This document shows positions 1 through 13,500 of a DNA stretch of 64,000 nucleotides, in pieces. The notes below the pieces were generated by a model. It was not told where the DNA came from. It made no database searches and worked only from the letters and a program-made list of their open reading frames with translations. The stretch spans positions 5,041,127 through 5,105,126 of the forward strand of contig NC_068987.1 in assembly GCF_001194135.2 (NCBI RefSeq), given 5' to 3'. How positions within the stretch are numbered: the stretch's first letter is position 1; every line of letters begins with the position of its first letter. The position numbers and the translations under genes are program-made. The DNA is from Octopus bimaculoides (taxonomy: Eukaryota).

Positions 1-198
1 AATCCTTTTAACTCAGTGGTTTGCCAAAAGAAACTGATAGAATAAGTACCAGGCTTTAAAAAAAAAAAAAGTTCTGGGGGCTGATTCATTCTATTAAAAA
101 TTCTCCAAGCCAGCGCTCCAGCATGGCCACCGTCTCATGACTGAAACAAATAAACGATAAAAAATATAAAAATAAAATGAACTCCACAATAAACTTAC

Positions 199-360
199 AT
201 GTATTATCAACAAATTCATCAGACGATTCCTTGTCAAGAACCCTGCTTTCAATATGCATCCAATGGTACTTCAGAGGAGGATTGTCAAAGTGGGTGAAGT
301 TGTATTTGATTTTAAGTGATTTGATGATGTCCTTGGCCAAATCAATCTGTTTGTCTTCAG
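199..360 (-). CDS. XRCC6: Ku70 coding exon (C-terminal arm)
   Basis: AEDKQIDLAKDIIKSLKIKYNFTHFDNPPLKYHWMHIESRVLDKESSDEFVDNT; CAG/GTAAG. Confidence 0.92.
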
Positions 361-2774
361 CTGAGAAGAAAGCAAAAACAACAACCCAATAATGCTGATT
401 TTCAGTTGAGATAGCAAAAACAGTCAAAATATGGTACTATAGAAATGGCAACTCCTTCTGTTGGTGACAACAATGAGTGTTCCAGTCGATTTGATCAATG
501 GAACAGCCTTCTTGCGAAATTTATGTGTATAAGTGGCTGAGTACTGGCCGAGTTCCTTTCGAACTTTGGGCCTGACGGAGGCAAAGTGGCTGACTTCCTT
601 TTGAGCGTTCGGCCTGATGGAAGCAAAGTGGCCGAGTTCCTTTCGAGTGTTGGGCTTCATGGAGGCAATAACCAAGACCTTTCGTATTATGTCGTGCTTG
701 AGAAGAAGACACATCAAGATGAGCAAAATCGCAGTTGTGGCAAATACCAGTGAGAGAAAGATGCGGTGGAAGAGTACAGCAGGGTTCACCACCACCCCCT
801 GCCAGAGCCTCGTGGAGTGTTAGGTGTTTTTGCTCAATAAACACTCACAACGCCCGGTCTGGGAATCGAAACCACGATCCTATGACCGCAAGTCTGCTGC
901 CCTAACCACTGGGCCATTGCGCCTCCACCGTCAGAAAGAAAATGAAATGCCTTTGATCACATCTTTACTCAATTAAAACCATCTTGAAGCTAAACAACAA
1001 CAACAATTATATTTTTCCTGTTGCTCTCAGGGATCTTATAAAAAAAAAACACAGGTTTGTTCATTTTGAAAAGCGATGCTAACAAATTTGACAAACCTTT
1101 TATAGNNNNNNNNNNNNNNNNNNNNNNNNNNNNNNNNNNNNNNNNNNNNNNNNNNNNNNNNNNNNNNNNNNNNNNNNNNNNNNNNNNNNNNNNNNNNNNN
1201 NNNNNNNNNNNNNNNNNNNNNNNNNNNNNNNNNNNNNNNNNNNNNNNNNNNNNNNNNNNNNNNNNNNNNNNNNNNNNNNNNNNNNNNNNNNNNNNNNNNN
1301 NNNNNNNNNNNNNNNNNNNNNNNNNNNNNNNNNNNNNNNNNNNNNNNNNNNNNNNNNNNNNNNNNNNNNNNNNNNNNNNNNNNNNNNNNNNNNNNNNNNN
1401 NNNNNNNNNNNNNNNNNNNNNNNNNNNNNNNNNNNNNNNNNNNNNNNNNNNNNNNNNNNNNNNNNNNNNNNNNNNNNNNNNNNNNNNNNNNNNNNNNNNN
1501 NNNNNNNNNNNNNNNNNNNNNNNNNNNNNNNNNNNNNNNNNNNNNNNNNNNNNNNNNNNNNNNNNNNNNNNNNNNNNNNNNNNNNNNNNNNNNNNNNNNN
1601 NNNNNNNNNNNNNNNNNNNNNNNNNNNNNNNNNNNNNNNNNNNNNNNNNNNNNNNNNNNNNNNNNNNNNNNNNNNNNNNNNNNNNNNNNNNNNNNNNNNN
1701 NNNNNNNNNNNNNNNNNNNNNNNNNNNNNNNNNNNCTCAAGCAAAAGCATGAGTGAGTGAGTGAATGTGAAAATATATATACATGTGTGTGTGTGTGTGT
1801 AGATTGGATAAAATAGAAAAGTGAACTACAAAAGTGAAGTCAGAACAACGGTTGAAGTTTTTCCTTGTATTTTGATATCTTGGGGTCAGTACCTCTTCAT
1901 CAGGACACACGCAGAAATGGGAGATAGAATAGTGCTATTATCATTGCTTAGATATGTGGGAGAGGGTAAGTGGCAAGTGCAGACTGGTGTTGTTATGATA
2001 ACCAGTCTGTTTCACAAAGCTCTTTTCTGCTGTTTAAGCTATGAGACCATATACTCATACAAATGTTATGATCTTGCTTAAGCACAGTGGTACTTAAGCC
2101 TAGTTGTTAGTACTCACTATACATAGCCAAATACAGAGCATAATATTATTGAATGACAAGGGAACAGGAGTTTATGTAATCACCTTCATTAGCTTACAGT
2201 CGTTTCTGCTATAAAAGACACTGCATTCAGAGTTGAGTGCTTTTGCACTAGATACAAAGAATGGGGCTGAAGAGTTCCTGGCTTCAACATATTCTTCTCT
2301 CTAATTCACAAAGTTACTGCAATGGTCCTTCAGTTTTTCTAAGCCTTCTAAAAGAACTTGGAAGGTTGGACCTTCAACCAGGCCTTTTGCAATATGCTTA
2401 AAGCCAAGAACTTTTCAGCCCCCCCCCCATCATACAATAAACTGTGTAGACTAGTAAATATTATTGTAATTAGAATGCTTAAAAAAAAGACTTGGAATAA
2501 ACATTCTTGAAATATTCTAAATGTTAGAATTTTAAATACAATTCAATTTCTTGCAAATATTGTAAAAAAAAAAAAAGAGCAATACCTGTGGCAGTAAGGC
2601 AACATATTCTGGAGCAGATGTTTTAGATGATATATATTCACAAATTGGTGCAACACCTCGCTGCAAACATCGGTCAAGTAAAGCTGAGAAAAGGCAAGTG
2701 TTGCCACTTAAAGACTGTATTTTGAGGAAAGAAAGAAAAAAGAAAAGAAAAAACTGAGAATGGAAAGGAGGATG

Positions 2775-2808
<34 letters not shown>

Positions 2809-5800
2809 TGAGGGGAAGAGTTATGAGATACAAAGATTTAGAATTGTAAACGGGGAAACAGAAATTTAAAAGGAGTTCAGCCACAAGCTATAATATATTC
2901 ATCGATTATATATCGTTGCTCAAATGGTTAAGTGACCTGCTAGAGATACCACCCAAATTATCTCTCAAGTTGCACTCTACAGTTTAACAAAAGAAGAATA
3001 AAAAAAAACCTTTGGGGTAGTGTGCGTGAAAAGTTTTCTTGTTACATGTGGGAGGAACACACAGGTCAGGGGGCTAATGGATAGCAATTGTACAGTGAGA
3101 CAAGGCGTGTGGGTTGAACACACAGGTCAGGGGCTGGCGGATAGCAATGATATAAGGAGAAATGAATTTATAAATCATAAATTTGGAAAATATTCTTCTC
3201 GTGTAGAGAAAGGGCCATAACAAAATAGAGCTTTATTACAAACAGGTTGGTATATAGAAGTTTTGCTTTTCAGCTGTTAAAATTGTAAAACTAAAATCAA
3301 ACAGTAAAAAAAAACAAAAAACAGACCTTCTCTTCAGGATATATGAAGTGTGTTGGTTTAATATGGTAATGTGTTTTCACATCCTTCTGTTGCTGAAAAC
3401 CCAGGAGTTTGAATCCTATAAAAAGAAGATTAAATTACTTTGCAAGCAGGGGCACAAAAGTGGATGTGTGGCATTGGCCACATTCGGATGGTGCTTTTTA
3501 CATGCCACTGGCACAGGGTAATGAAGATCATGTGACATTCATTCATGCTGTTCTTAAGAATATTACAAATGCAACTGATGAGAAATGATTTCGTTTAAAG
3601 AATGAAAGTGGATGGCAACTGTGACAATCTAAATTGCAAGCTATACAAGCATGTATGTATATGACTGCAAAAAGCCAAGAAGCCTCTTAAAGAATTCTTC
3701 AATAACAAAACTCACCTGGTTCACCAAACATGCGCATTTTCGTGACTTCCTCTTTCTCAAATGTAGCAGTCCTGTTGCCATATTTCTTGGCATATTTGAT
3801 GTCTTGAGGCATAAGAGTTTCACCAGTATCCTGAAGAATATTTTTAAAAGTACTAAGTGAATAATTCTTAGATCTTGGGATAGCTTGCTTTGCTTCAGTT
3901 CATTGAAGGAAGCAGTTTATTAACCAGTTATTGGTATGTGACTTGTACTAAAAGGAAACAATTATTAAAGTCTACACTGCCAAGAAAATTCTAAAAAATT
4001 CTATTTTTAATTTTTTTTTTCATCAAAATGTGGTTTTATAAATTCTTTTATAACTAAAGGAAACTAATTTTAATTCATTGCGTGATAGTGTTTTTTAATA
4101 CTGCATNNNNNNNNNNNNNNNNNNNNNNNNNNNNNNNNNNNNNNNNNNNNNNNNNNNNNNNNNNNNNNNNNNNNNNNNNNNNNNNNNNNNNNNNNNNNNN
4201 NNNNNNNNNNNNNNNNNNNNNNNNNNNNNNNNNNNNNNNNNNNNNNNNNNNNNNNNNNNNNNNNNNNNNNNNNNNNNNNNNNNNNNNNNNNNNNNNNNNN
4301 NNNNNNNNNNNNNNNNNNNNNNNNNNNNNNNNNNNNNNNNNNNNNNNNNNNNNNNNNNNNNNNNNNNNNNNNNNNNNNNNNNNNNNNNNNNNNNNNNNNN
4401 NNNNNNNNNNNNNNNNNNNNNNNNNNNNNNNNNNNNNNNNNNNNNNNNNNNNNNNNNNNNNNNNNNNNNNNNNNNNNNNNNNNNNNNNNNNNNNNNNNNN
4501 NNNNNNNNNNNNNNNNNNNNNNNNNNNNNNNNNNNNNNNNNNNNNNNNNNNNNNNNNNNNNNNNNNNNNNNNNNNNNNNNNNNNNNNNNNNNNNNNNNNN
4601 NNNNNNNNNNNNNNNNNNNNNNNNNNNNNNNNNNNNNNNNNNNNNNNNNNNNNNNNNNNNNNNNNNNNNNNNNNNNNNNNNNNNNNNNNNNNNNNNNNNN
4701 NNNNNNNNNNNNNNNNNNNNNNNNNNNNNNNNNNNNNNNNNNNNNNNNNNNNNNNNNNNNNNNNNNNNNNNNNNNNNNNNNNNNNNNNNNNNNNNNNNNN
4801 NNNNNNNNNNNNNNNNNNNNNNNNNNNNNNNNNNNNNNNNATATATATATATATATATATATACCTATTATTTTAAGGAAATTAATTCCCTAAAATATTA
4901 GGTATTGAACCAGTATTTTCTTCAATGAAACCGTCCTTTCCTGAGGTCAACACAACCTCTAATTAAATTATATACATATATATATATTATATATATATAT
5001 AAAAACACGAATGTACATATAGAGAATGAAAAAAAAACATTATAAATGAAAGAATAATGATGTTGATGATAAAAAAGAATACAAATCTAAGAAATCCAAT
5101 GACTCACAGGCCAACCGTTGCTTCAACACCATCACCAATTCGTAGGGGTAACCTACGTAGAACCCTCTTTTGACGCTCTTTACATCTCACCCTGAAAAAT
5201 ATTTGGAGCAACCATAATTATGAGAAACATACAGTGCAACAGAAACAAACATCTGGATCGCTGTTATTGGTAAAAAGCACCTAGTATACGCTGTAAAGCG
5301 GTTGGCATTAGGATAGGCATCCAGCTGTAGAAGCCAAGCCAAAACAGACAATGAAAGCTGGTGCAACTCCTGTCAAACTACCGGACCCCTGCCAGTATGG
5401 AAGACGAATGTTAAATGATGTTGACTAGACACTGAACTGTGACCATGCTGGGGCAACACGTTCAAGGGGTCTTAGTTGACCATATGGATAGCCAGTATGA
5501 TCTCTGGTATTTCTTTTAACAATGGCCAGAGGACTACAAAAGGCAAAGGCAACCAGACATAAGGGGAACAAGCTGTGAAATTCTTAGCCACAAGGCCGTA
5601 CCCATTTTTGCAGGGAGAGGAAGGGGACAGGATGGGATTAGTATGATTGATATTGTGTAAAGTGGTTGGAAGATGTGGTGAGAAAGGATCTACAGACATT
5701 GGGATTTACAGAGGGGATGACAAGGGTCTGAGACTTCTGGCTCCAGTTGAGCATTCTTAATCTTGTGGGCACTGGTGCCATGTAAAAGCACCCAGCACAC

Positions 5801-8800
5801 TTTGTAAAGTGGTTGGCATTAGGAAGGGCATCCAGTCACAGAAGCCATGCCAAAACACACATGGAGCTTGGGAAGTTCTTCAGCTGAACAGCTCCTGACA
5901 AACCATCCAACCCATGCTAGCATGGAAAACGGATGTTAAATGATGATGATGAAGATAATGAATGGCACTAAGAAGGATAAAGCAGTTTTAGAAGCCATGC
6001 CATAATAGAGACTGGAATACAATGCAGTCTTCTGTTGAACGATCCAACCCATGACCACACAGAAGATAAATATTAAATGATGATGATGAAGCTGAAGAAG
6101 AGGGTAATGAAAATAAACTCACCTCTCTAACAACCCCTCCAGTTTTTCTGTTGTGTCAGGCAACTGTTCAATTTCCTCTCCATGAATGATAAACAAAATA
6201 TTCTAATAAAAGTGGAAGAAAAACAAGAGAATAGTCGAGAATGAGATGATGATAACTACAACGGGAGATAATGTAGTTTTGCACTTCACCTTGAAACATG
6301 CATTTTTGGGGAAAAATTTCTTTGGATTCTTAGGTTTTAGATATTGGCGATTATGAATATGCAAAAAACTTTTAAAAATTTTAAACACCCCACACCCCTT
6401 TATTNNNNNNNNNNNNNNNNNNNNNNNNNNNNNNNNNNNNNNNNNNNNNNNNNNNNNNNNNNNNNNNNNNNNNNNNNNNNNNNNNNNNNNNNNNNNNNNN
6501 NNNNNNNNNNNNNNNNNNNNNNNNNNNNNNNNNNNNNNNNNNNNNNNNNNNNNNNNNNNNNNNNNNNNNNNNNNNNNNNNNNNNNNNNNNNNNNNNNNNN
6601 NNNNNNNNNNNNNNNNNNNNNNNNNNNNNNNNNNNNNNNNNNNNNNNNNNNNNNNNNNNNNNNNNNNNNNNNNNNNNNNNNNNNNNNNNNNNNNNNNNNN
6701 NNNNNNNNNNNNNNNNNNNNNNNNNNNNNNNNNNNNNNNNNNNNNNNNNNNNNNNNNNNNNNNNNNNNNNNNNNNNNNNNNNNNNNNNNNNNNNNNNNNN
6801 NNNNNNNNNNNNNNNNNNNNNNNNNNNNNNNNNNNNNNNNNNNNNNNNNCTAAAACCTAAGAAACTGAAAACATTTTACAAAAAATGCATTTTTCAAGGT
6901 GAAGTGTGAAACTGCATTAGCCCTAATGTTTAATCAAAATTTACCTGAGACTATCATCAACATCATTGTTTAACGTCCGCTTTCCATGCTAGCATGGGTT
7001 GGACGATTTGACTGAGGACTGGTGAAACCGGATGGCAACACCAGGCTCCAATCTAATTAAAGAAAACTAATTATTCTTATTAAATGCTAAATTTCAAATT
7101 TTGGCACAAGGCCAGTAATTTTGGGGGTGAGGGTAAGTCGATTACATTGACCCCAATGTTCAAATTGCAAAAGGACAAAAGGCAAAATTGACCACAGCGG
7201 AATTTGAACTCAGAACGTGTGAAGACAGACAGAATGCCACTGTGCATTTTACCTGTCATGCTAACGATTCTGCCAGCTCACCGCCTTACTCTCATTAAAT
7301 ATTAAACAGTTGTACGATACCTTGTAGAACTTATTGACATCAAAGGTCTGATTTGGAAGTTGTAAGGGCAACAGCTCCAGAGATATTCCTGTTTTATTGA
7401 GATCATTGGCACGAGTTTTACAATGCTGGAAAGAAATAAAATATTATTATTATTATTGAGTGAGAGAGCAGCGCATGCCATCAAAGTGACAATGGGATAC
7501 AAATATACGAAGCCCAGTATACCCATCATGACTACCCGTCTGATAAGGGTACACTAGGCACATGCATCACAACCATATGTGCGTGACATGGTGATCTCAT
7601 ATCAAGATAAACAACACATGATCATGCAAGTGGGGCCCAGTTAGAATTTTCTTCAGGTTGAGTAGCCCATCCCACTCAAAAGGTCCCTGAATAAGTGTTG
7701 TTTAAGGATGTTGAATGAAACACCCATATTTCCAAAGGCGAATTATCCAAACCCCAAAGAATTCCTCTCAACACATGGCTATGATGCTCCCCCACTACTT
7801 CTGCTCATGATCAGAGATGCACATATCATCAGCCACCAAGGGACATGCTCAACTGGTTAAGATCAAACAACTGACAAGCAAATCTGTGGTATTGAGCAGA
7901 ATATTTGCTGTAGCCCATCTTTTATACCAAGACAAAACAATGTACATGATAACACTTCCAATCAGTTAAGACCAGAAGCTATGAAAGCCACTGCCTGATA
8001 CTGCATCAGGGCATATTATTATTATTGTTATTATTTTTTTCAATACAGTTTTTTCAAGAGAACCAGGCTAAACTCCATGCACCACAAATAAATGCAGTGT
8101 TTTTTTATTTATATGTATCTTTGATCTGTGCTTGTTTCAGTCATTGGACTGTGGCCACACTGGGGCACAGTGGAAGAAGTGTTTTAGTTGAACAAACCAA
8201 TACCAGTACTTAGAATATTTTTTAAAGTCTTATACTTATTCTATTGGTCTTTTTTTTACAGTTTATGGGGGCCATAAACAAACCAATATCAGCTGTCAGA
8301 TGGTCGTAGGTTAGTGCACACACACACACAACAGGCTTCTTTCAGTTTCTGTGATCTAAATCAATAACTTTGGTTGGCCAGGGCTATGGTAGAAGACACT
8401 TGTCCCACAGTGAGACTGAACCCAAAACCACATGGTTGGGAAACAAACATCTTAACCACACAGCCATGCCTATGCCTATATGTGACAATAACTTAGAAGA
8501 CATTTGAACTCAATATCTGAGTGAAAGCAAAGATAATATGAAAGAGCTAACTCACAACAATTTCTGTTTTATCCATGTGAGGTTCATCCTTATTTGTGAA
8601 AAGCAAGATTCTCTGATATCCAAGTTTTTCAGTGCTGAAAATACATGTGAATCAGGTATGAGGGTCTTTAATAGAAAGCAGGTAAATGCTTAGTAAAAAA
8701 AAAACCTCTTGTTTTATAACAATGAGTCAGTCCACCTTTAGTCACAGGGGGGATGGTCACAATCCTTCCACAACAGTGACAAATACAAATATTTTTATAG

Positions 8801-10517
8801 AGAAAAAGAAAAAAGTAAAAGAAAATTTAGGACTCACCATTTTGAGAATAAAAGCGAGCACAGCCAAAATACATCACTCATTTGATAATTAGAATTGTGT
8901 CCATAGTCCTCGTGGAACGTCTTCCAGTTATCTTTAACAAAGACAATCCAGAGATTAAGATATATTAACATAATTAACCCTTTATCAGTCAGATTACTCT
9001 GTCAAATTTAATGCTTATTTATTCACATTTAAAAAAAATTTATCATGTATTATCTTGTAGCTTAGCAATTTCAAAGATGTGATTGTTTATTTTTAGAGTG
9101 ACAATATAGGGTAGATTCAAGGGGCTAGACTTGGCCAGCTTGAACATAAAAATTGAACATTTGGGCCAGATGTAGCCGGTTTAAAAGCTAAAAGCTTAAG
9201 ACATAAACTGACTCATATACTGAAAGTACAAGACAAGTACATAAATTATACATGTAAGCTCATTTAACATTAATTCATTTATTACTGTTCTGGGATAACA
9301 TGATATGCTCAATTATGAGCCATGTTACACTTATTGATAACACAGATTGTTGATCAGTTAGATTTGGTTTGTATGGCAAAAACGTGTCCCATACTGCTCA
9401 GCTACCCACAATGCACTGACTATTGCACATATTTACATGACCATGCTGCAAGTCTGCATATTTCTTATACAAATTTACATACTTGTACCCATCAACATGG
9501 GACGAATGAAGAGGAAAGCATAAAGACGCCTGACCCTAACAAATGACATAGATGAGTGTATTCTTGGGTGTAGTCTTTGTAGCAGGTGCTTTGTATGTGG
9601 GACCAATACAGATGCTTTTACGTGACACCAGACAGGTGCTTTTACAAGACACTGGACAGGTGCTTTTATGTGGGACTGGACAGGGGTCTTTGCATGACAC
9701 CAGCATCAACAGAGTTAATAGAATAAGAATTGAATGACAACATAAGTTACAAAAATAGATATAAAATATGATTTAAAAAGATATAAAAGCATTAAAAAAA
9801 TAATAAAACCATCATAGCCTTCTTACCAGTAAGCATATTTTCAATTTCTATAATTCTTTCAGCATTAGGACGAGCCAAGTCCTGTGGATGGAAAGGAAAT
9901 CACAAATGTTTGACCCATGTTAATCAATAAACAATGTATTTCTGTACATAATCAATAACTTATGAAGAATATCTTATCAACCACAATGGGATAAAATCAA
10001 AGACTGGCAGAAGATGGATGCTTAAGAGAACAGATCTTTCCTGGAATTGATGTCTTTCATCCTGTTTATAGACTGCTACATCATCGTCAGCATCACCAAT
10101 GCCAGTGCTATGTAAAAAGCATTCATGCTAGTGCTGTATAAAGAAAATAGCCATTGCACTTTGTAAAGTGGTTGGCATTAGGGAGGGCATCCAGCTGTAG
10201 AAGCTATGCTAAAAACAGAAGCCTGGTGCCACCCCACCAGCCTCCCAGATCCTGTCAAACCATCCGACCCATGCCAGCATGGAAAACTGGCATTAAATGA
10301 TTTTCCATTCTTGCGTGGGTCAGACAAGAATTTGTTGAAGCAGATTTTCCACAGCTGGATGCCTTTATTGTTGCCAGCCCTCACCTGATTCCAATTAAGG
10401 TAATATTTCCCCACGACCAGACATGTTTTCATGGAAGATTGGAAACAAAGGACACTGCTTGCATGATGGTGACACTCATTTACAGCTATCGCATGATGTC
10501 AAAGCAAAGAGACAGTA

Positions 10518-10548
<31 letters not shown>

Positions 10549-13500
10549 CGTAGAAAATCTGCCCCATGCTAGCATGGAAAAGTGAGTGTTAAAACAATGA
10601 TGATGATGATATACAATGGATTCCTTTCAGTTTCCATTTACAAACCCACTCACTAAGCTTTGGTTGACCTGAGGTTACAGTAGAAGACAGTTTCCCAATG
10701 AGACTGAACCTGGCAAGGGTTCGGTGGTTTGATAGGATCCACTGCACTATGCTCCCGCTTCTGCTTTGGCATGGTTTCCGCAGTTTGATACCCTTCTTAA
10801 TGCCAACCAACTTGTAACATGCATTGGGTGTTATTTTCATGTTACCTGCACTATTGAAGTCACCATGCAGTTCACAGGACAAGCCCTGGGAGAGCTCATG
10901 GGGAAGGGGTTGGCTTAATGCTGGGGAACAAAGGGATTACTATGAGGGAGGGGGAGAGAGAAGGTTATTTATTTATTAAATAAATATCTTACCTGGTAAA
11001 TATATATGTGTTCAAAATTGTCAGTATTTTTGGTCTTATCCTAAGAATAAAAGAAAAAAGGTTCAAGTAAAACATTAGAGAAATGCTTTCTGTATATTTT
11101 ACCTCTTCACATCTATGTCTTCATGCTCAAAGAGTTATAGTTTTGTGCATCTAAACCATGAAAGCACTTGGATAAATGACCTTTGCATCTTTAACCTTTT
11201 CAATGTCAAGTGAAAATGGCAAGCTTGAATGAATCGAGTGGGTTTAGGTAAAAATTTATTAAACTTAGAGAATAATAAAAATTGTAGCAATGATCTGAAT
11301 TTATTAGCCAATATTTTTTGATATATTTCCTGTTTATCTTACTATCATGTGGTATGGCTTCCAAAAATTTAAACATCTGCATATTATGTTGAAAGAATCA
11401 TATATATATATATATATACACACACGCATACATATAAATTTTTCCAGTCTTTCATTTTCTCACACACACAGAGTGAATAAACAGTCCAATTGAGATATTA
11501 GGATCAATTTAACTTACAGTTCCAAAAAAAACGACACCAACAAGATCACGATTATTTTGAATAATTTTGTTTTTTAACGTGGATTGGACACACTGAAATA
11601 GAAAAAAAAATGGTAGGGTTAAGGTGAAAATATGCTGAAGTCAACAATAATTCAAGCTCATATGTTTGGTGTTAGGAAGGGCATCCAGCTGTAAAAATCC
11701 TGCCAAAACTGTTACAGAAGTCTGGTGCAGGCTTCTGCCTGGCCGACTCTTGTGAAACTGTCCCACCCATGTTAGCATGGAAGGCAGACATTAAACAAAG
11801 ATGATGATGATGATGATGATGATAAGAGCATCTTACTGTATTTTATGGCATACAAGCAACATGTATAATTTAAACAAAAATGAGCCAAGAGAATAACTCA
11901 GAGTGGACAGTGGCACATATTTGAATAATATAGACAAATATAGGTATACTGAATACCATACAACATCAGTTCTTGATTTATTAAATTTATCTCTATCTCT
12001 AGAGAATGCATCAGAATTACCAAATGACAAATAAGACTAGTTTTATTTGAGAAAAAGAGATACTCCCCAAGATTCAAGAATTCTTCAGAGTCGACATGTC
12101 ATTAAGGAAAAGGAGAGGCTCATTGTCCCAAGACGAGAGGACAGTCAAGGATGTGTTTCTGGCTCAATAGCCATCATCAGTACAAGTTCATTTTTGTTTA
12201 AATTACACAAATTACCTAAGCCATTAATGTGTTCTACTTTCTTTTGTACAAGTCCCATGGCCACTGGAGATGAAGTCAAATAATTATCATGTTGATGATG
12301 GTTATTGAACCATAAGCATATATCCACAACGGTCCTCTTAACTCCAGGCAGTATGACCCTCCTTTTCTTAATGCCATGTTAACAGAGAGAATTCTTGAAC
12401 CCTGAGATTATCTCCCCTCTGCAAATGGCGCCAATCTTTGTTGTTTGTTCCTTCTCGAGCCTTGCCTGGCTCATGAGGGCCAGTTTCCTGGTTTCAGTGA
12501 CGTATAGGTTCCCCACCTGGATGGGACGCCGGTCTGTTGCAGGTGAGCCACTAGATGCAGGAGGAAAGAGTGAGAGAAAGTTGTAGCGAAAGAGTCAGCA
12601 GAAGTTCGCCATTACCTTCTGCCAGGGCCACGTGGAGATTAGGTGTTTCACTGAGAAACACACACATTGCTCGGTCTGAGATTCAAACCCACGATTCCTC
12701 GACTGCAAGTCCGCTGCGCTAACCACTAGTCTATGTGCCTCCACTGATCTTAATTACCATTTGGTAATTATAATGGACCTTCAACAGCAATGGGACCCAT
12801 CTAAGATTTTGTTACTAAAATTTATGTGCAATAAATTGTTTGTAATTGTAGAAGTTGGTTTGGGGGGTATAAANNNNNNNNNNNNNNNNNNNNNNNNNNN
12901 NNNNNNNNNNNNNNNNNNNNNNNNNNNNNNNNNNNNNNNNNNNNNNNNNNNNNNNNNNNNNNNNNNNNNNNNNNNNNNNNNNNNNNNNNNNNNNNNNNNN
13001 NNNNNNNNNNNNNNNNNNNNNNNNNNNNNNNNNNNNNNNNNNNNNNNNNNNNNNNNNNNGAAGTATTTCAGCCTCAAACAACTGATAATTCTATAAAAAG
13101 CTTCTACAGAGTCAAAAATAGAATATAGTTAAAGGCATTTGGAATGGAGTTCCCACTATACAGGTGAGCATTCATTCTGGATAACATCCAAGAAAAAAAA
13201 AAGAAAAACAAAAAAAAAACAGCCACATACATGCTTGGCATTTTTTATTTACCAACGTCTATTTCTTCTACCACAACCACAACAGCTAGTTTTTTCTGAA
13301 CTTGCCAACTTCAACACCACTCCATACTACTCACTGAACTAACAAAGAGGTCTCTAAATAGTTGTTCAGCCTGCTGGAAATTAGAAATTAGCAATTAGGG
13401 TGGCTGTGTGGTAAGAAACTTACTTCCCAACCACATGGTTCTGGGTTCAGTCTCACTGCATGGCACCTTAAGCAAGTGTCTTCCACTATAGCCTCAGGCC

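Noticed and set aside
1036-1752. Long ORFs of 160-260 aa full of X, also at 4082, 6344, 21411, 25066 and 60719
   Set aside because: Artefacts of N runs and adjacent microsatellites, which contain no stops
7312-7320. Ku70 donor GTATCGTAC as a possible U12 site
   Set aside because: Lacks the CCT of GTATCCT, and there is no CCTTAAC branch site near the acceptor at 6203
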